Assembly (NCBI GenBank): GCA_913009415.1
Contig: CAJVYM010000001.1
Span: 1-63,878, forward strand
DNA length: 63,878 nt
Reading direction: 5' to 3'
Source of the DNA: an uncultured bacterium
GTDB lineage: Bacteria > Bipolaricaulota > Bipolaricaulia > UBA7950 > UBA9294
Made by a program: the position numbers and the translations under genes. The notes below the pieces were generated by a model. The model worked only from the letters and a program-made list of their open reading frames with translations, searched no databases and was not told where the DNA came from. Below are positions 7,582 through 18,447 of this stretch, piece after piece (position 1 is the stretch's first letter; every line of letters starts with the position of its first letter).

Positions 7582-8402
7582 TGGCTGAAGAAAATATATT
7601 TCTCGTGCGAGTCTTGAATCTGGAGCGAGACAGCGGGTACTTTCACGCACAGTCTGGGACGTTTGCCCCAGATGATCGCTGCATTGTTGACCACAACGGC
7701 CTGCACATGGGCATCGTGTTGAGCGTCCTCGCCGCTGGTGCGGGGGTCGGTGAGCAGCTTGAACAGCTGGTGCGCAAAGCGACGGCAAGCGATATGGACG
7801 CGTACGCCCATAACCAGGCCGAGGCCGAACGGGTGCTCTCTTCAACGCGAGAAGTGATCGTGAGCCACGATCTGCCGATGCATCTGGTTGCCGCCGAGTA
7901 CACGATCGACCGCGCGCACGTGCGCATCTACTTTACCGCCCCACATCGCGTCGATTTTCGTGCCCTGCTGCGCGATCTCGCCGGACGCTTCGGGGTGCGT
8001 ATCGAGCTTCGCCAGATGGGCGCGCGCGATGAGGCGAAGCTGAAGGGGGGAATCGGCCGCTGTGGCCGCGTTCTGTGTTGTCATCAGTTCCTGCACGATC
8101 CCACTCCCGTCCCGATGGAATTTGCCTACGATCAGGAGCTGTTCGTCCCGCCGGAGCGGATCACAGGGGTCTGCGGGCGGCTCATGTGCTGCCTTGCCTA
8201 CGAGCATGAGGCATACAGGGCGGAACTTGCACAGATGCCCAAACTTGGGATGTGGGTGAGTTACAAGGACAAGCGGGGAAAGGTGATCGCACACAACATC
8301 TTCAGGCACACCGTCACGCTCCTAACAAGGGAACGCGATCGGATCGAGGCCGATATCGCGGAGGTCAACCCCGCGTCTGCGACGCGGAAGCAGAAGGACT
8401 GA
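7578..8402 (+). CDS. ricT: PSP1 domain protein (RicT/YaaT-like)
   Basis: FGVRIELRQMGARDEAKLKGGIGRCGRVLCCHQFL...GVCGRLMCCLAYE. It shows the classic holB-yaaT synteny. Confidence 0.85.
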   Translation: MMAEENIFLVRVLNLERDSGYFHAQSGTFAPDDRCIVDHNGLHMGIVLSVLAAGAGVGEQLEQLVRKATASDMDAYAHNQAEAERVLSSTREVIVSHDLPMHLVAAEYTIDRAHVRIYFTAPHRVDFRALLRDLAGRFGVRIELRQMGARDEAKLKGGIGRCGRVLCCHQFLHDPTPVPMEFAYDQELFVPPERITGVCGRLMCCLAYEHEAYRAELAQMPKLGMWVSYKDKRGKVIAHNIFRHTVTLLTRERDRIEADIAEVNPASATRKQKD

Positions 8403-9750
8403 TCCTCCCACCTTTTCTCAGCAGACGCGCCAAGTTCTCATCGGAGAGTGTAGCTTCAATCTCGATTCCTTCCTTTGTATAGCCACAAACCGTGAGCCGC
8501 TCTCGCTGTGAGAGCAGGTGCACTTCCTGCATCATGTTATAGGGAATGAGGAGCGAGACATCGTGTTTCCCTTGCGATAGAATGCCCTGCACGCGCGCGA
8601 GGAGACCATCCATCTTTGTGCCATCTCGCGCAGAGATGAGTACGGGCTTGTGGAATGCTTCCGTCTTGATCTCACCAGCAGAGATGAGATCGATCTTGTT
8701 CAGAACGTCAATCACAGACGGGCGCGGCTCATCAGTTGTGAAGACCTCATGATCGAGGGTGGCGATGACGCTCTGGTAGTCCTCGTTGCAAGTAGGACGG
8801 GAGGAATCGACGACGTGAAGGAGGAGATCGGCATCGCGTACCGTTTCCAGCGTAGCGGCGAAGGCAGGGATGAGGTGGTGTGGAAGGTTGCGGATGAACC
8901 CCACCGTATCGGCAAACAGCGCCCACTGACCGGGTGCGATCTCGCCCCTCCTGACGGTTGTCGTCAGGGTGGCGAAGAGCTTGTTCTCAACGAGCACATC
9001 GGATGCGCAAAGCCTGTTGAGAAGCGTCGACTTGCCGCTATTTGTGTACCCAACGAGGGCGATGAGCGGAAATGGCCCAGATCGGCGCTTGTGGCTGCGC
9101 AGGGCGCGTTCGGCACGGGCCTTCTTCAGACGCCGTTCGATCGCGTGGATGCGCCGGTTGATCTTCTTGCGGTCGAGTTCCAGCTGCGTCTCGCCCGGTC
9201 CCCGCGTTCCGATACCTCCACCGAGCCGCGTTAAGGCGCTTCCCCAGCCGCGCAGGCGTGGAAGGAGGTAGCGCAGTTGCGCAAGCTCCACCTGCAGCCT
9301 CGCCTCCTTGGTCGCCGCACGCTGGGCGAAGATGTCCATTATCAGTTGCGCGCGATCGATCACCTTTGTCTTCATCTTCTCTTCGAGGTTTCTCGCCTGC
9401 GCGGGAGAGAGCTCGTCATCGAAGATGATGACATCCGCGTGAAGCTCGTACGCCGCTGCCTTCACCTCGGATACTTTCCCCTTGCCGATGAAGTAGCGCG
9501 GGTCGGGACGCGTGCGGTTCTGCACGACCTCGAGGAGCGAGGGAATTCCGGCGGTGTTGGCGAGAGCCGTGAGCTCGCGCAGTGATTCGTCGACATCATT
9601 ATCTGATGTCTGCACCGCCACCAGGACCGCCTTCTCGCTTCCGTAGATGCGGGCTCGCTTTCCGAGGCGATCCTCACTGAGGTGAGCCTCACCGAGGCGA
9701 TGCTCGGGAAGAGGGCGATCGCTAGCCGACGCGCTCAATGTCCCCTCCAA
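8365..9750 (-). CDS. hflX: GTPase HflX
   Basis: GTRGPGETQLELDRKKI and VALVGYTNSGKSTLLNRL motifs. Confidence 0.9.
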   Translation of the reverse strand: MEGTLSASASDRPLPEHRLGEAHLSEDRLGKRARIYGSEKAVLVAVQTSDNDVDESLRELTALANTAGIPSLLEVVQNRTRPDPRYFIGKGKVSEVKAAAYELHADVIIFDDELSPAQARNLEEKMKTKVIDRAQLIMDIFAQRAATKEARLQVELAQLRYLLPRLRGWGSALTRLGGGIGTRGPGETQLELDRKKINRRIHAIERRLKKARAERALRSHKRRSGPFPLIALVGYTNSGKSTLLNRLCASDVLVENKLFATLTTTVRRGEIAPGQWALFADTVGFIRNLPHHLIPAFAATLETVRDADLLLHVVDSSRPTCNEDYQSVIATLDHEVFTTDEPRPSVIDVLNKIDLISAGEIKTEAFHKPVLISARDGTKMDGLLARVQGILSQGKHDVSLLIPYNMMQEVHLLSQRERLTVCGYTKEGIEIEATLSDENLARLLRKGGRISPSASASQTRG

Positions 9751-10969
9751 TGCTTCGAAGCTTCTGCGCCATGTGTTCGTACCCCCGATCGATCTGCTCC
9801 AGGTTGTCGATTGTGCTCTCTCCCTGTGCGGCTAGGGCGGCAAGAACCAGCGCCGCACCAGCGCGGATGTCGGGCGCGCTCGCTGCCGTGGCATGAAGCT
9901 TGTCGACTCCGGTGATCACCGCCCTTCGTCCGCTCACCGTAATTCTTGCCCCCATTTGCCGTAGGGTTGCGGTGTAGGTGAACCTATGTTCGAAGATCCG
10001 CTCTTCCACACTGCTCTTCCCTTGAGCCAGGCTCAGTAGCGCGACAAGCGGCGGCTGTAGGTCGGTTGGAAAGCCCGGGTAGGGAGCGGTGATCGTATCG
10101 ATCGGGTGCGGGCGAGAGCCACGTGTGAGCCTGATCGCGCCATCTGTCTCCTCGATCTTACAACCCATCTCAGAGAGGATGGACAAGAGGAGGCGCAAGT
10201 GCTCGGGGACGACGCCGCGCACCGTCACATCGCCGCCGGTGATCGCCGAGGCGATGAGGTACGTACCCGCTTCCATCCGATCGGGAATCACGGCATGCCT
10301 CGTGCCATGAAGGGTGGGCCTTCCACGAACATGGAGCGATCCGTCCCTGTATTCGATCTCGCCGCCCATATCGTTTAGCAAAGCTACGAGGTCCATCACC
10401 TCCGGCTCCCAAGCGGCGTTCTCGATCACCGTCTCTCCCTTAGCAAGGCAGGCGCTCATCGCGATCTGTTCGGTTGCTCCAACCGATGGGAAGGGGAGGC
10501 TGATCCTCGCACCGCGGAGATGCTTGGCGACGAGCGTCACGGTATTCCCCTTTTCAGTCACCCGTGCTCCGAGGGCACGCAGGCCGTGGAGATGAAGGTC
10601 GACCGAGCGGGCGCCGATCTTGCATCCGCCGGGGAGAGGGACGAGCGCACGACCGAGGCGGGCGACGAGTGGACCGAGAACGAGGAAGGAGGCGCGCATC
10701 TGTTCGACGAATCCCGCTTGCGCCTCGGAATGGATCTCCCCTCCGCACGCGATCGATACTCTTTCGCCATCGCGTACAACGAGCTTTCCAAGCGACGAGA
10801 TGGTCGAGAGGATCGTTTGGACATCGCGCAGGCGTGGCACGTGGTCGATCGTGACCTCATCGTCTGTCAACAGCGAAGCAACGCATGCAGGAAGCGCTGC
10901 GTTCTTGGCTCCGGAGATGGTGATAGTCCCTAAAAGGGGGCGGTCGCCCCGGATAACAAAGTGCTCCAT
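9722..10969 (-). CDS. murA: UDP-N-acetylglucosamine 1-carboxyvinyltransferase
   Basis: MEHFVIRGDRPLLGTITISGAKNAALP and full-length MurA-like sequence. Confidence 0.95.
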   Translation of the reverse strand: MEHFVIRGDRPLLGTITISGAKNAALPACVASLLTDDEVTIDHVPRLRDVQTILSTISSLGKLVVRDGERVSIACGGEIHSEAQAGFVEQMRASFLVLGPLVARLGRALVPLPGGCKIGARSVDLHLHGLRALGARVTEKGNTVTLVAKHLRGARISLPFPSVGATEQIAMSACLAKGETVIENAAWEPEVMDLVALLNDMGGEIEYRDGSLHVRGRPTLHGTRHAVIPDRMEAGTYLIASAITGGDVTVRGVVPEHLRLLLSILSEMGCKIEETDGAIRLTRGSRPHPIDTITAPYPGFPTDLQPPLVALLSLAQGKSSVEERIFEHRFTYTATLRQMGARITVSGRRAVITGVDKLHATAASAPDIRAGAALVLAALAAQGESTIDNLEQIDRGYEHMAQKLRSIGGDIERVG

Positions 10970-12000
10970 CAGGTGGGAAGGTAACGCTGCGGGTCGATCG
11001 GGAACTCTCCGTTTCGCACCTCGAAGTGCAGGTGTGGCCCGGTGGAGAGGCCCGTGTTCCCAGACTCGGCGATCGGCTGCCCGACCTCAACGTACTGCCC
11101 TTTAGAGACGAGAATGCTCGACAGGTGACCGTAGACCGTGTAGTAGTTGTCGGAGTGCTGGAGGATGATCATCGTACCGTACCCCGAATCCTCGCCGGTG
11201 AAATACACTTTCCCTGGTGCCGCCGCATGCACGATCGTCCCTACGGGAACATCGATGTCGATCCCGTTGTGGCGCTGTCGTTCCCCGGTGACGGGGTTAT
11301 TGCGCCAACCAAAGGGAGAGGTAATCTTCCCTTCCAGCGGCCAGATGAACCGCGCCACCTTCCCGTGCGATAGGCGAATCACTGTTTGCCACAGGTCGGT
11401 CGTCGCCCCAGGAATGATGATCCCCTTCCCAGCGAATATCCGCCCGGGATCGGTGATTCCGTTTGCCTGCGTAATCTTGTCGATCGGCACACCGTAGGTG
11501 ATGAAAATATCGGTCAGCGTCTGCCCCCTCTTGATTACGTGAACTAACCCATTGGTTGTCGCGTACAGTGTCTCTCCCACTGTGATTTCGCTGGGTGAGA
11601 CGAGATTGTTATCGGCCATGAGCTGCGCTGTAGTGACATTCATCGTAGAGGCTATCTGGTCAAGCGTCTCATCCGCTGCCACGACGTGCGTGAGGATCCC
11701 CGCAGCCGTTGTAGCCGACTCGTTAACAGGTGCTTCAGCGCCCGCACTTCCGCTTGCTGACCCAGTACCCGTGCTCGGCGTAACAGACGTGGCCGTTTCA
11801 GTACCTGCTTGCGGACCAGTCAGCGGCAGCACAGCGAGCGGCGCAGTGGTCGTACCCGAAGGCGGCGTATTAGTTGCTGTTGTTCGGGTAGTTGGTTTCG
11901 ATCCGCCGGAATGGATGAGTATGGGGATCAGAATAACGGCAACAAGAAAAAGGAGAGCAATCAATACACGATCTCTACGAATCGGTTTTTTCTTAGTCAC
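10969..12000 (-). CDS. LysM-domain M23 family metallopeptidase
   Basis: An N-terminal TM segment, then two LysM-like segments (HVVAADETLDQIA, HVIKRGQTLTDIF). The M23 core includes HNGIDI...GNTGLSTGPHLHFEV. Confidence 0.85.
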   Translation of the reverse strand: MTKKKPIRRDRVLIALLFLVAVILIPILIHSGGSKPTTRTTATNTPPSGTTTAPLAVLPLTGPQAGTETATSVTPSTGTGSASGSAGAEAPVNESATTAAGILTHVVAADETLDQIASTMNVTTAQLMADNNLVSPSEITVGETLYATTNGLVHVIKRGQTLTDIFITYGVPIDKITQANGITDPGRIFAGKGIIIPGATTDLWQTVIRLSHGKVARFIWPLEGKITSPFGWRNNPVTGERQRHNGIDIDVPVGTIVHAAAPGKVYFTGEDSGYGTMIILQHSDNYYTVYGHLSSILVSKGQYVEVGQPIAESGNTGLSTGPHLHFEVRNGEFPIDPQRYLPT

Positions 12001-13255
12001 TGCTCATCAGCTCGAGGAATTGTTCGTTATCCTTCGTTGCCTCCATCTTGCTCTTCACAAACTCCAGCGCCTTCTGTGGGTCGTTCAAGTTACTCATCAT
12101 CTTACGCAGAATCCAGACGCGATTCAATACCTTCGCCGGCATGAGAAGTTCCTCCTTGCGCGTGCCGCTCTGCTCCACGTCAATCGCCGGGTAGATTCGC
12201 TTGTTAGACAGGTTGCGATCGAGGATCAATTCCATGTTTCCCGTTCCCTTGAACTCTTCGAACACGACCTGATCGAGCTTGCTCCCCGTATCAATGAGGG
12301 CCGTGGCGATGATCGTCAGGCTTCCTCCTTCTTCAATGTTGCGCGCTGCCCCGAAGAACTCCTTCGGCTTGTACAGCGCGGTCGGGTCCATTCCACCAGA
12401 GAGGAGCTTCCCGGATGAGGGGACGGAGAGGTTGTAGGCTCGAGCCAAGCGGGTGATCGAATCCATGAGGATGACGACATCCTTCCCCATCTCCACCAGC
12501 CTCTTGGCGCGGTTGGTGACGAGCTCAGCGATGCGCGTATGATGGCGCGGTTCCTGGTCGAACGTCGCCGCTATCACCTCGCCAGCCTCGATCGAACGGG
12601 TAAAGTCGGTGACCTCCTCTGGACGCTCATCCACCAGGAGAACGAACAGCGTCACCTCGGGATGATTGGCGTTGATCCCCCGCGCGATCTCCTTCAGCAG
12701 GGTCGTCTTACCGGCCTTCGGCGGCGAGACGATCAACCCGCGCTGTCCCTTGCCGATCGGGCAGAACAGGTCGATGATGCGTGTGGACAAGTCGGTTGGG
12801 TCGTGCTCCAACTTCAGCAGGTCGTCCGGGTGGAGCGGTGTTAACTCGCGGAAGTTGGGGCGACGGCGCGACTCCTCCGGGGGAGCTCCGTTGACCGCTT
12901 CCACCTTGATAAGAGCGAAATATCGCTCGTCGTTCTTCGGCGCTCGTATCACCCCATCGATGGTATCTCCATCGCGCAAGCCAAAGCGCTTGATCTGCGA
13001 TGGGGATACGTACGTATCGTTTCGCTCCGGCAGGCAGTTGCTGCTGCGCAGAAATCCGTATCCGTCAGGGAGGATCTCCAGCACTCCGCCATCGAATGTG
13101 AGCTTTCCCTCCCTTGCCAACTGAATCATGATCGACCGCTGCAGGTCTTCCTTGCCGAGTTGCATGCTGTTCCTCAGCTTGAATGTTTTCGCCAGCTCCT
13201 GCAACTGGTCCACGCTCTGCACACGTAATTCGCTCAGTTCCATCTTTTTCACCAC
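11993..13255 (-). CDS. rho: Transcription termination factor Rho
   Basis: Rho N-terminal and RNA-binding region ([14 protein letters not shown]). Walker A motif [10 protein letters not shown]. Confidence 0.95.
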   Translation of the reverse strand: MVKKMELSELRVQSVDQLQELAKTFKLRNSMQLGKEDLQRSIMIQLAREGKLTFDGGVLEILPDGYGFLRSSNCLPERNDTYVSPSQIKRFGLRDGDTIDGVIRAPKNDERYFALIKVEAVNGAPPEESRRRPNFRELTPLHPDDLLKLEHDPTDLSTRIIDLFCPIGKGQRGLIVSPPKAGKTTLLKEIARGINANHPEVTLFVLLVDERPEEVTDFTRSIEAGEVIAATFDQEPRHHTRIAELVTNRAKRLVEMGKDVVILMDSITRLARAYNLSVPSSGKLLSGGMDPTALYKPKEFFGAARNIEEGGSLTIIATALIDTGSKLDQVVFEEFKGTGNMELILDRNLSNKRIYPAIDVEQSGTRKEELLMPAKVLNRVWILRKMMSNLNDPQKALEFVKSKMEATKDNEQFLELMSSD

Positions 13256-13256
13256 C

Positions 13257-14255
13257 TTATAAATCTATGCCACGAAACACAATTAGAAATGTGCTTATCA
13301 GATATCCAATCAATAGAAACACAGCGTCTATCCCCATTCCCAACACCTTTCTCTTAGAACGATACGCGATCCCAATGATCGCAATCGTCGTCATTACAAT
13401 TCCCAGAACAGCGATCATCAACTGGTCGGACGACTCGTTTCCCAGTGCGGCGAACAGCGAGCCTCGACGAAACGCAACATCAGCGAAGAAGATCGTCACA
13501 ATATTAAACATATTCGATCCGAACAGATTCCCCATGATCATATCGTACGCTCCAATACGAAGCGCTCCGATGGACGTCGCCAGCTCGGGGAGTGACGTCA
13601 CGATCGCCACGAGGATTGCCCCCATGAGCGATCCCGGCATGGCTGAACCGACAGCGATGTTCTTGCTCGCGTGAATCAGAAAGATCCCGGAGACGATGAT
13701 CACAGCAGCCGAGGCGGCAAAACCGATGACCGCTCGACGGAGCGAGAGTGTCTCCTTGTCGCCCTTTTCCACAGCCCCTTCGCGCTTCTCCACGCGGAAG
13801 AGGAGGAAGACGGAAAAGACATACAACACCAGAATCGCCATGCTAAACGGGCTAATCCCGAGGACCTGCGCGCGCGGGAAGACGGAGATCCCGAGGATCA
13901 CCAGCGTGGTCAGCAAAATAGCCGCTCCACCACTGATAACGTGGTAGGATTTCACCTTCCGCAAGAACGGACCGCGTCCGAGGAGCATTATGTCAAGGAT
14001 GGCTATGATCACCACATTAAACAAATTGCTGCCAAGCGCGTTTCCGATGGCAATGTTGGGCACATCGATCGTCGCTCCAGTCACCGTCGTCGTCAACTCG
14101 GGAACCGAGGTTATCGTGGCCAGAAAAAGCAGGCCAATCCAGCCCTGGCCGATCCCGCTTCGTTTTCCGATTGCATCACCGAACTTCGCAAGGCGCACTC
14201 CGGCAAGGACGATCGCTAACGAACAGAGAAGAAAGATGATCCATTGGACTACCAT
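13257..14255 (-). CDS. CaCA-family sodium/calcium antiporter (YrbG-like)
   Basis: Polytopic membrane protein with duplicated alpha-repeat motifs GNALGSNLFN and GNLFGSNMFN. Confidence 0.85.
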   Translation of the reverse strand: MVVQWIIFLLCSLAIVLAGVRLAKFGDAIGKRSGIGQGWIGLLFLATITSVPELTTTVTGATIDVPNIAIGNALGSNLFNVVIIAILDIMLLGRGPFLRKVKSYHVISGGAAILLTTLVILGISVFPRAQVLGISPFSMAILVLYVFSVFLLFRVEKREGAVEKGDKETLSLRRAVIGFAASAAVIIVSGIFLIHASKNIAVGSAMPGSLMGAILVAIVTSLPELATSIGALRIGAYDMIMGNLFGSNMFNIVTIFFADVAFRRGSLFAALGNESSDQLMIAVLGIVMTTIAIIGIAYRSKRKVLGMGIDAVFLLIGYLISTFLIVFRGIDL

Positions 14256-14358
14256 CAGATAGTTAGACTCCTCGATTCAAACCTACGGGGTTAGAAACCC
14301 AACGGGTTCAGAACCCACCGAACGTGTGGAGCTTACGTGCGCTTTTGACGTGCGGCAG

Positions 14359-14784
14359 CTACTCGATCTTGCCGACCCGCCGCGCATGTCGACCGCCCTC
14401 AAACGGAGTGGAGAGCCACTTTTCGACGATCTTTTCCGCCATACCGCTTCCGATCACGCGTGCTCCGAAACAGAGTACGTTGGCGTCATTGTGCCTTCGG
14501 CTCATCTCGGCCGAGTACGGTTCACTGCAGCGCGCTGCACGAATCCCCTTTATCTTCCCCGCGGCCATCGCCATCCCGATCCCTGTACCGCATATGAGGA
14601 TCCCACGTTCCACCTCACCAGCGGCCACCGCACGCGCCACCGGTTTGGCGATGTCGGGATAATCGACGGACTCTTTCGAGTTCGTCCCCATATCGATAAC
14701 CTCATGCTCCTTGAGGACCGAATCGAACAGGGCATGCTTCAAATCCACTCCCGTATGGTCACAACCGATCGCTATTTTCATCAT
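14359..14784 (-). CDS. rpiB: Ribose-5-phosphate isomerase B
   Basis: MKIAIGCDHTGVDLK...ICGTGIGMAMAAGKIKGIRAA. Confidence 0.9.
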   Translation of the reverse strand: MMKIAIGCDHTGVDLKHALFDSVLKEHEVIDMGTNSKESVDYPDIAKPVARAVAAGEVERGILICGTGIGMAMAAGKIKGIRAARCSEPYSAEMSRRHNDANVLCFGARVIGSGMAEKIVEKWLSTPFEGGRHARRVGKIE

Positions 14785-14785
14785 C

Positions 14786-15421
14786 TCAGATCTTCTTGAA
14801 CAGCCACTTGATCATGTCCCCGTACATCTTGAATCGTTCACGCATCCCGTTTGAGAATCCACGCTTCTCTTCCTTGAGAACGTGAGTTACTCCCACCAGT
14901 TTCACCTTTTCCTTGGTCCAGCCTTCCTTCACCGCAAGCTTGGATAGCGCAAACTCGATCCCGTAGTTCATTTCGTGTACGTTTGCCTTCGCTCGCTGCC
15001 ACAGTTTCTTGGTCAACATACGTTGTCCAGAGGCGTATGGGTTGAGCTTCTGTGCGAAATCCGTGTTCTTCCGCCCGTTGGCAAAGATACCGACTACCAT
15101 GTCGACACCACTATCCGCGTAGGTATGAACGAACTTCTCGACATGCGCTTCCGTTAGCCCAACGAGATCCGCGTCGAGGAATAGGAGAACGTCGTTGCGG
15201 GCACGCTTGACTCCTTCATCGAGTGCCTTCGCCTTACCGCAGTTCGCCTCCAGTCTGACAACCTGCACCGGGTACTGGCGAGCCATCTCTGCCGTCCCAT
15301 CGTCCGATCCGTCATCCACGACGATCACCTCGTCAACCGCGGGGCAACCGACAAGGGGCTTTAGTACAGCTCCGATTCGGGAGGCTTCGTTATATGCAGG
15401 CACTACTGCGGAAACTTTCAT
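14786..15421 (-). CDS. Family 2 glycosyltransferase
   Basis: MKVSAVVPAYNEASRI...VIVVDDGSDDGT...DADL. The longer ORF back to 15610 overlaps dinG and lacks support. Confidence 0.8.
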   Translation of the reverse strand: MKVSAVVPAYNEASRIGAVLKPLVGCPAVDEVIVVDDGSDDGTAEMARQYPVQVVRLEANCGKAKALDEGVKRARNDVLLFLDADLVGLTEAHVEKFVHTYADSGVDMVVGIFANGRKNTDFAQKLNPYASGQRMLTKKLWQRAKANVHEMNYGIEFALSKLAVKEGWTKEKVKLVGVTHVLKEEKRGFSNGMRERFKMYGDMIKWLFKKI

Positions 15422-15473
15422 AGGTTCAGGACTTGCGCAATGAATCGAGGAGATAACTCTATTTGATACAGCT

Positions 15474-15502
15474 ATTCTACTCCCTTCCCCAAAAAAAGTC
15501 AA
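15474..15502 (-). promoter_or_regulatory. Sigma70-like promoter for the GT2/rpiB transcription unit
   Basis: Reverse strand reads TTGACT, 17 nt, TAGAAT. Confidence 0.4.
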
Positions 15503-15542
15503 TTTAGGGCGCAACGGAAGAGCATGCCAATTTGATGCGGTG

Positions 15543-18023
15543 TTAGCTTGCTTGATGGAGCCATGCTCCAACCTCGAAGACGAGATCGTCCAAGTTTGTA
15601 ATTCTTTCACCGGTCACAGGCAGAGCGGCGGAGAACAGCTTCCCATAACTTTTTCTTAGTATGCGATCATCAGCGATGATGACGACACCATGGTCGCTCG
15701 TGGTGCGAATCAGCCGACCCACACCTTGACGTAGCTTGAGGATCGCTCGTGGGATCGATAGATCGGAGAATGGGTCCTTGCCAACGGACGTCATCCTCTC
15801 GGCCAGTGCGGAGAAGACAGGATCGGTGGGGACGGGAAAAGGAAGGCGGGTGATGATGAGGATCTCGAGGGCATCTCTCGGGAGATCGACTCCCTCCCAG
15901 AAGCTGTCTGTCCCCAGCAGTACCGCCGATCCGACGCTCTCCTTGAAGCGTTCGATGAGCTTGCTGCGTGACCCATCGAGCCCCTGGGCGAGCACGAGCG
16001 TGCTCTCATCGAGCGCGTCGTGGACCGCGCGCAGCAGTTTGTACGAGGTAAACAGGATGAGGATCTTGCGCCCAACTTCGCTTACGATCCGCTGGACGCA
16101 CTCTGCCAAGGCGTTCACGTACGAGTCCGTCGATGTCACGGGTGGCAGGAATGCGGGGATCAAGAGCTTCATCTCGTCCTCATAGGAGAAGGGGCTGGGG
16201 ACCACGGCCGATTCCGCCTTCCCGGGAGCCTCCGAGAGGCCAAGTGAATCTTTGAGGTAGGTGAAGTCTCCTCCCTGTGATAGGGTGGCCGAGGTAAGAA
16301 CGAGGGATTCAACGCGCGGGTAGAGCGACTTCTGTAGAAAGGGGGCGACAGTTAGCGGCGATACGTGAAGGTACGGCTCATCGCCGATGAATTCGTACCA
16401 GTGAACGCTGTTATCATCCGAGGGAGAAAACACCTTGTGAAATGAAGCGACGATCTCCTCTCCCTCGGAGATCAACCCGTTTGCCTCATGCTCGATCTCT
16501 TGAGCATCTGCCGCATCGGCGAGGCTCTCGATCGATCTGGTAAGCGTTTCCAGCTCACGCATTACTCCCGCCATCTGCTCCTCAAACGGGGAGAGATCGG
16601 GGGAGCGTCCGCGGGCGGGCGAAAGGCCACGTGAGATCGCGGAGAAGAGGCGAGTATTGGCACCGTGTAGGGAGCCGAGCAGGTCGTGTACCTTCCTGAC
16701 CCTGGCGTCGGTCCGCGCAAAGGGCAGGCGAGCAAGCCATCCTCCAGAGCGCCTTCCCAGCGGGTGCTCGATCGCGCGCAGCAGCGAATCCACACTGTGC
16801 ACAGAGAGGCTAACCGTGAACGCCTGCCGCGCGGCGCTCTCCAGAGCGTGCGCTTCATCGACAATCAGGGATTCATAGTCGCCGAGGATCCCTTGATCGA
16901 TTTGCTGATCGGCCAGAAGGAGGGAGTGATTGACCACAACGAGGTCGGCCCGGCGCGCACGCCGGCGCGCAGCCACAGAAAAGCAGTCATCGTAAAACGG
17001 GCAGGACTGGCCCAGGCAGCGATGGGGATCATCGTACAGCCGCCGCCACAGCACCTTCGCTTCCCTCTCGGTGAGAAAAGCATTGTTCTCCTCGATATCG
17101 CCGGTCTGTGTTGCAAACAGCCAGCGCCCGACAGGAGCAAGGCAGGTCAGAAGGTCCCGCTCCAGACCCTCGACAAGCTCCCCCAGGACAATCTGCCAGC
17201 GGCGCAGGCAGATGTAGTTCTTCCTGCCCTTGAGCAGGGCCACCTGCAACTCGGGCAGAAGGCGAGAAGCGAGGAAGGGAAGGTCCTTATGGAACACCTG
17301 TTCCTGAAGCTGTTTCGTGCGTGTAGAGAGGACGATACGCGCTCCGTCGTGGTCGCGCAGGTGGATGAGTGCGGGGATGAGGTAAGAAAAAGTCTTCCCC
17401 GTGCCAGGGCCCGCCTCCACCACTGCTGTCCCTCCGTGTTCCAACACGTTCAATACGCGTTGCGCCATCTCCCTTTGCCCGGAGCGTGCCTCGAACCCAG
17501 GAAGGTCGCGGGCAAGCACGCCATCTGGTGCCAAGGCATCGGCAAGGGAATGTTTGGGCGGTGAAGCTGAGGGCACAGATTTCCTCGGCGCTTCAGCTTG
17601 TGGCTTGGCGAATGGGACCATGCGACGGATGAGATCGCTACTCGGAGAGGGGAGGAGCTTGGAAAGGAGGGTCAACAGGTCCGGCGATAGCTTCAGAAAT
17701 CCCTCGATCAGCGCAGAGAGAAGGGAGAAGAGTGTCCCTGGATCGCTTCCCTCCGCTATCCCGTAGTGCGAGCAGAGTTGCGCAAGGCCATGACCAGGGA
17801 GCGTTGGGTGAAGGGTACGCGCCAGCAGGCGCAGGTCAACTGTCTCCTCGTCGCCCGCATAGGAAACGAGCACAGCATCTTCTGTACCCTCAGGATTGTC
17901 CTCCACGAGGCGCCCGTGTACGAATAGAGATGTCGCGCCCCCAGAAACGACCCGCACGATCGCAAGGCCAATCCCTTTCCACGGTAAGTCCATCCTCTCA
18001 GAGAAGGTGCCGGAGGAGGTCAA
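15543..18023 (-). CDS. dinG: DinG/Rad3-family ATP-dependent DNA helicase with an N-terminal extension
   Basis: VVEAGPGTGKTFSYLIPAL, DEAH box (LIVDEAHAL), a Cys cluster (CLGQSCPFYDDC) and C-terminal helicase motifs. Confidence 0.85.
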   Translation of the reverse strand: MTSSGTFSERMDLPWKGIGLAIVRVVSGGATSLFVHGRLVEDNPEGTEDAVLVSYAGDEETVDLRLLARTLHPTLPGHGLAQLCSHYGIAEGSDPGTLFSLLSALIEGFLKLSPDLLTLLSKLLPSPSSDLIRRMVPFAKPQAEAPRKSVPSASPPKHSLADALAPDGVLARDLPGFEARSGQREMAQRVLNVLEHGGTAVVEAGPGTGKTFSYLIPALIHLRDHDGARIVLSTRTKQLQEQVFHKDLPFLASRLLPELQVALLKGRKNYICLRRWQIVLGELVEGLERDLLTCLAPVGRWLFATQTGDIEENNAFLTEREAKVLWRRLYDDPHRCLGQSCPFYDDCFSVAARRRARRADLVVVNHSLLLADQQIDQGILGDYESLIVDEAHALESAARQAFTVSLSVHSVDSLLRAIEHPLGRRSGGWLARLPFARTDARVRKVHDLLGSLHGANTRLFSAISRGLSPARGRSPDLSPFEEQMAGVMRELETLTRSIESLADAADAQEIEHEANGLISEGEEIVASFHKVFSPSDDNSVHWYEFIGDEPYLHVSPLTVAPFLQKSLYPRVESLVLTSATLSQGGDFTYLKDSLGLSEAPGKAESAVVPSPFSYEDEMKLLIPAFLPPVTSTDSYVNALAECVQRIVSEVGRKILILFTSYKLLRAVHDALDESTLVLAQGLDGSRSKLIERFKESVGSAVLLGTDSFWEGVDLPRDALEILIITRLPFPVPTDPVFSALAERMTSVGKDPFSDLSIPRAILKLRQGVGRLIRTTSDHGVVIIADDRILRKSYGKLFSAALPVTGERITNLDDLVFEVGAWLHQAS

Positions 18024-18432
18024 TCCTCTTTACCTGCCCCACCAAACGCCCGTACTTGTCAACAACGGGAAGGTTCTTGATGTTCTTGCGGATGATGATC
18101 TCCGCGGCCTGCAGGTCGTCATCATCCTCAGTCACCACGATCATGTCGCGCTGCATGTACTTCTCGACCGGGTCGCCCGAGATCTGCTCAAGTTTCTTGG
18201 AGATCTGGTTCATGTCGGGGATGAACGAGGCGGTATGGAGCATGTCAAAGTACCCGGGAAGGCATGCTCTGATGATGTCCTTCTCCGATATGAAGCCAAT
18301 GACCTTGTCCTCTTCATCGACGATCGGCATATTCGGAACCCCGGCGCTATCGAGGATAAAGATCAATTCTCGTATCGATACGTCCTTCTCGCACGATGTC
18401 AGGTCCTTGGTCATGATGTCGCGAACCTTCAT
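17998..18432 (-). CDS. CBS domain pair protein
   Basis: 144 aa with two CBS-like repeats (VRDIMTKDLTSC..., VEKYMQRDMIVV...). Confidence 0.8.
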   Translation of the reverse strand: MKVRDIMTKDLTSCEKDVSIRELIFILDSAGVPNMPIVDEEDKVIGFISEKDIIRACLPGYFDMLHTASFIPDMNQISKKLEQISGDPVEKYMQRDMIVVTEDDDDLQAAEIIIRKNIKNLPVVDKYGRLVGQVKRIDLLRHLL

Positions 18433-18447
18433 TTCGGGAGCCTCCTG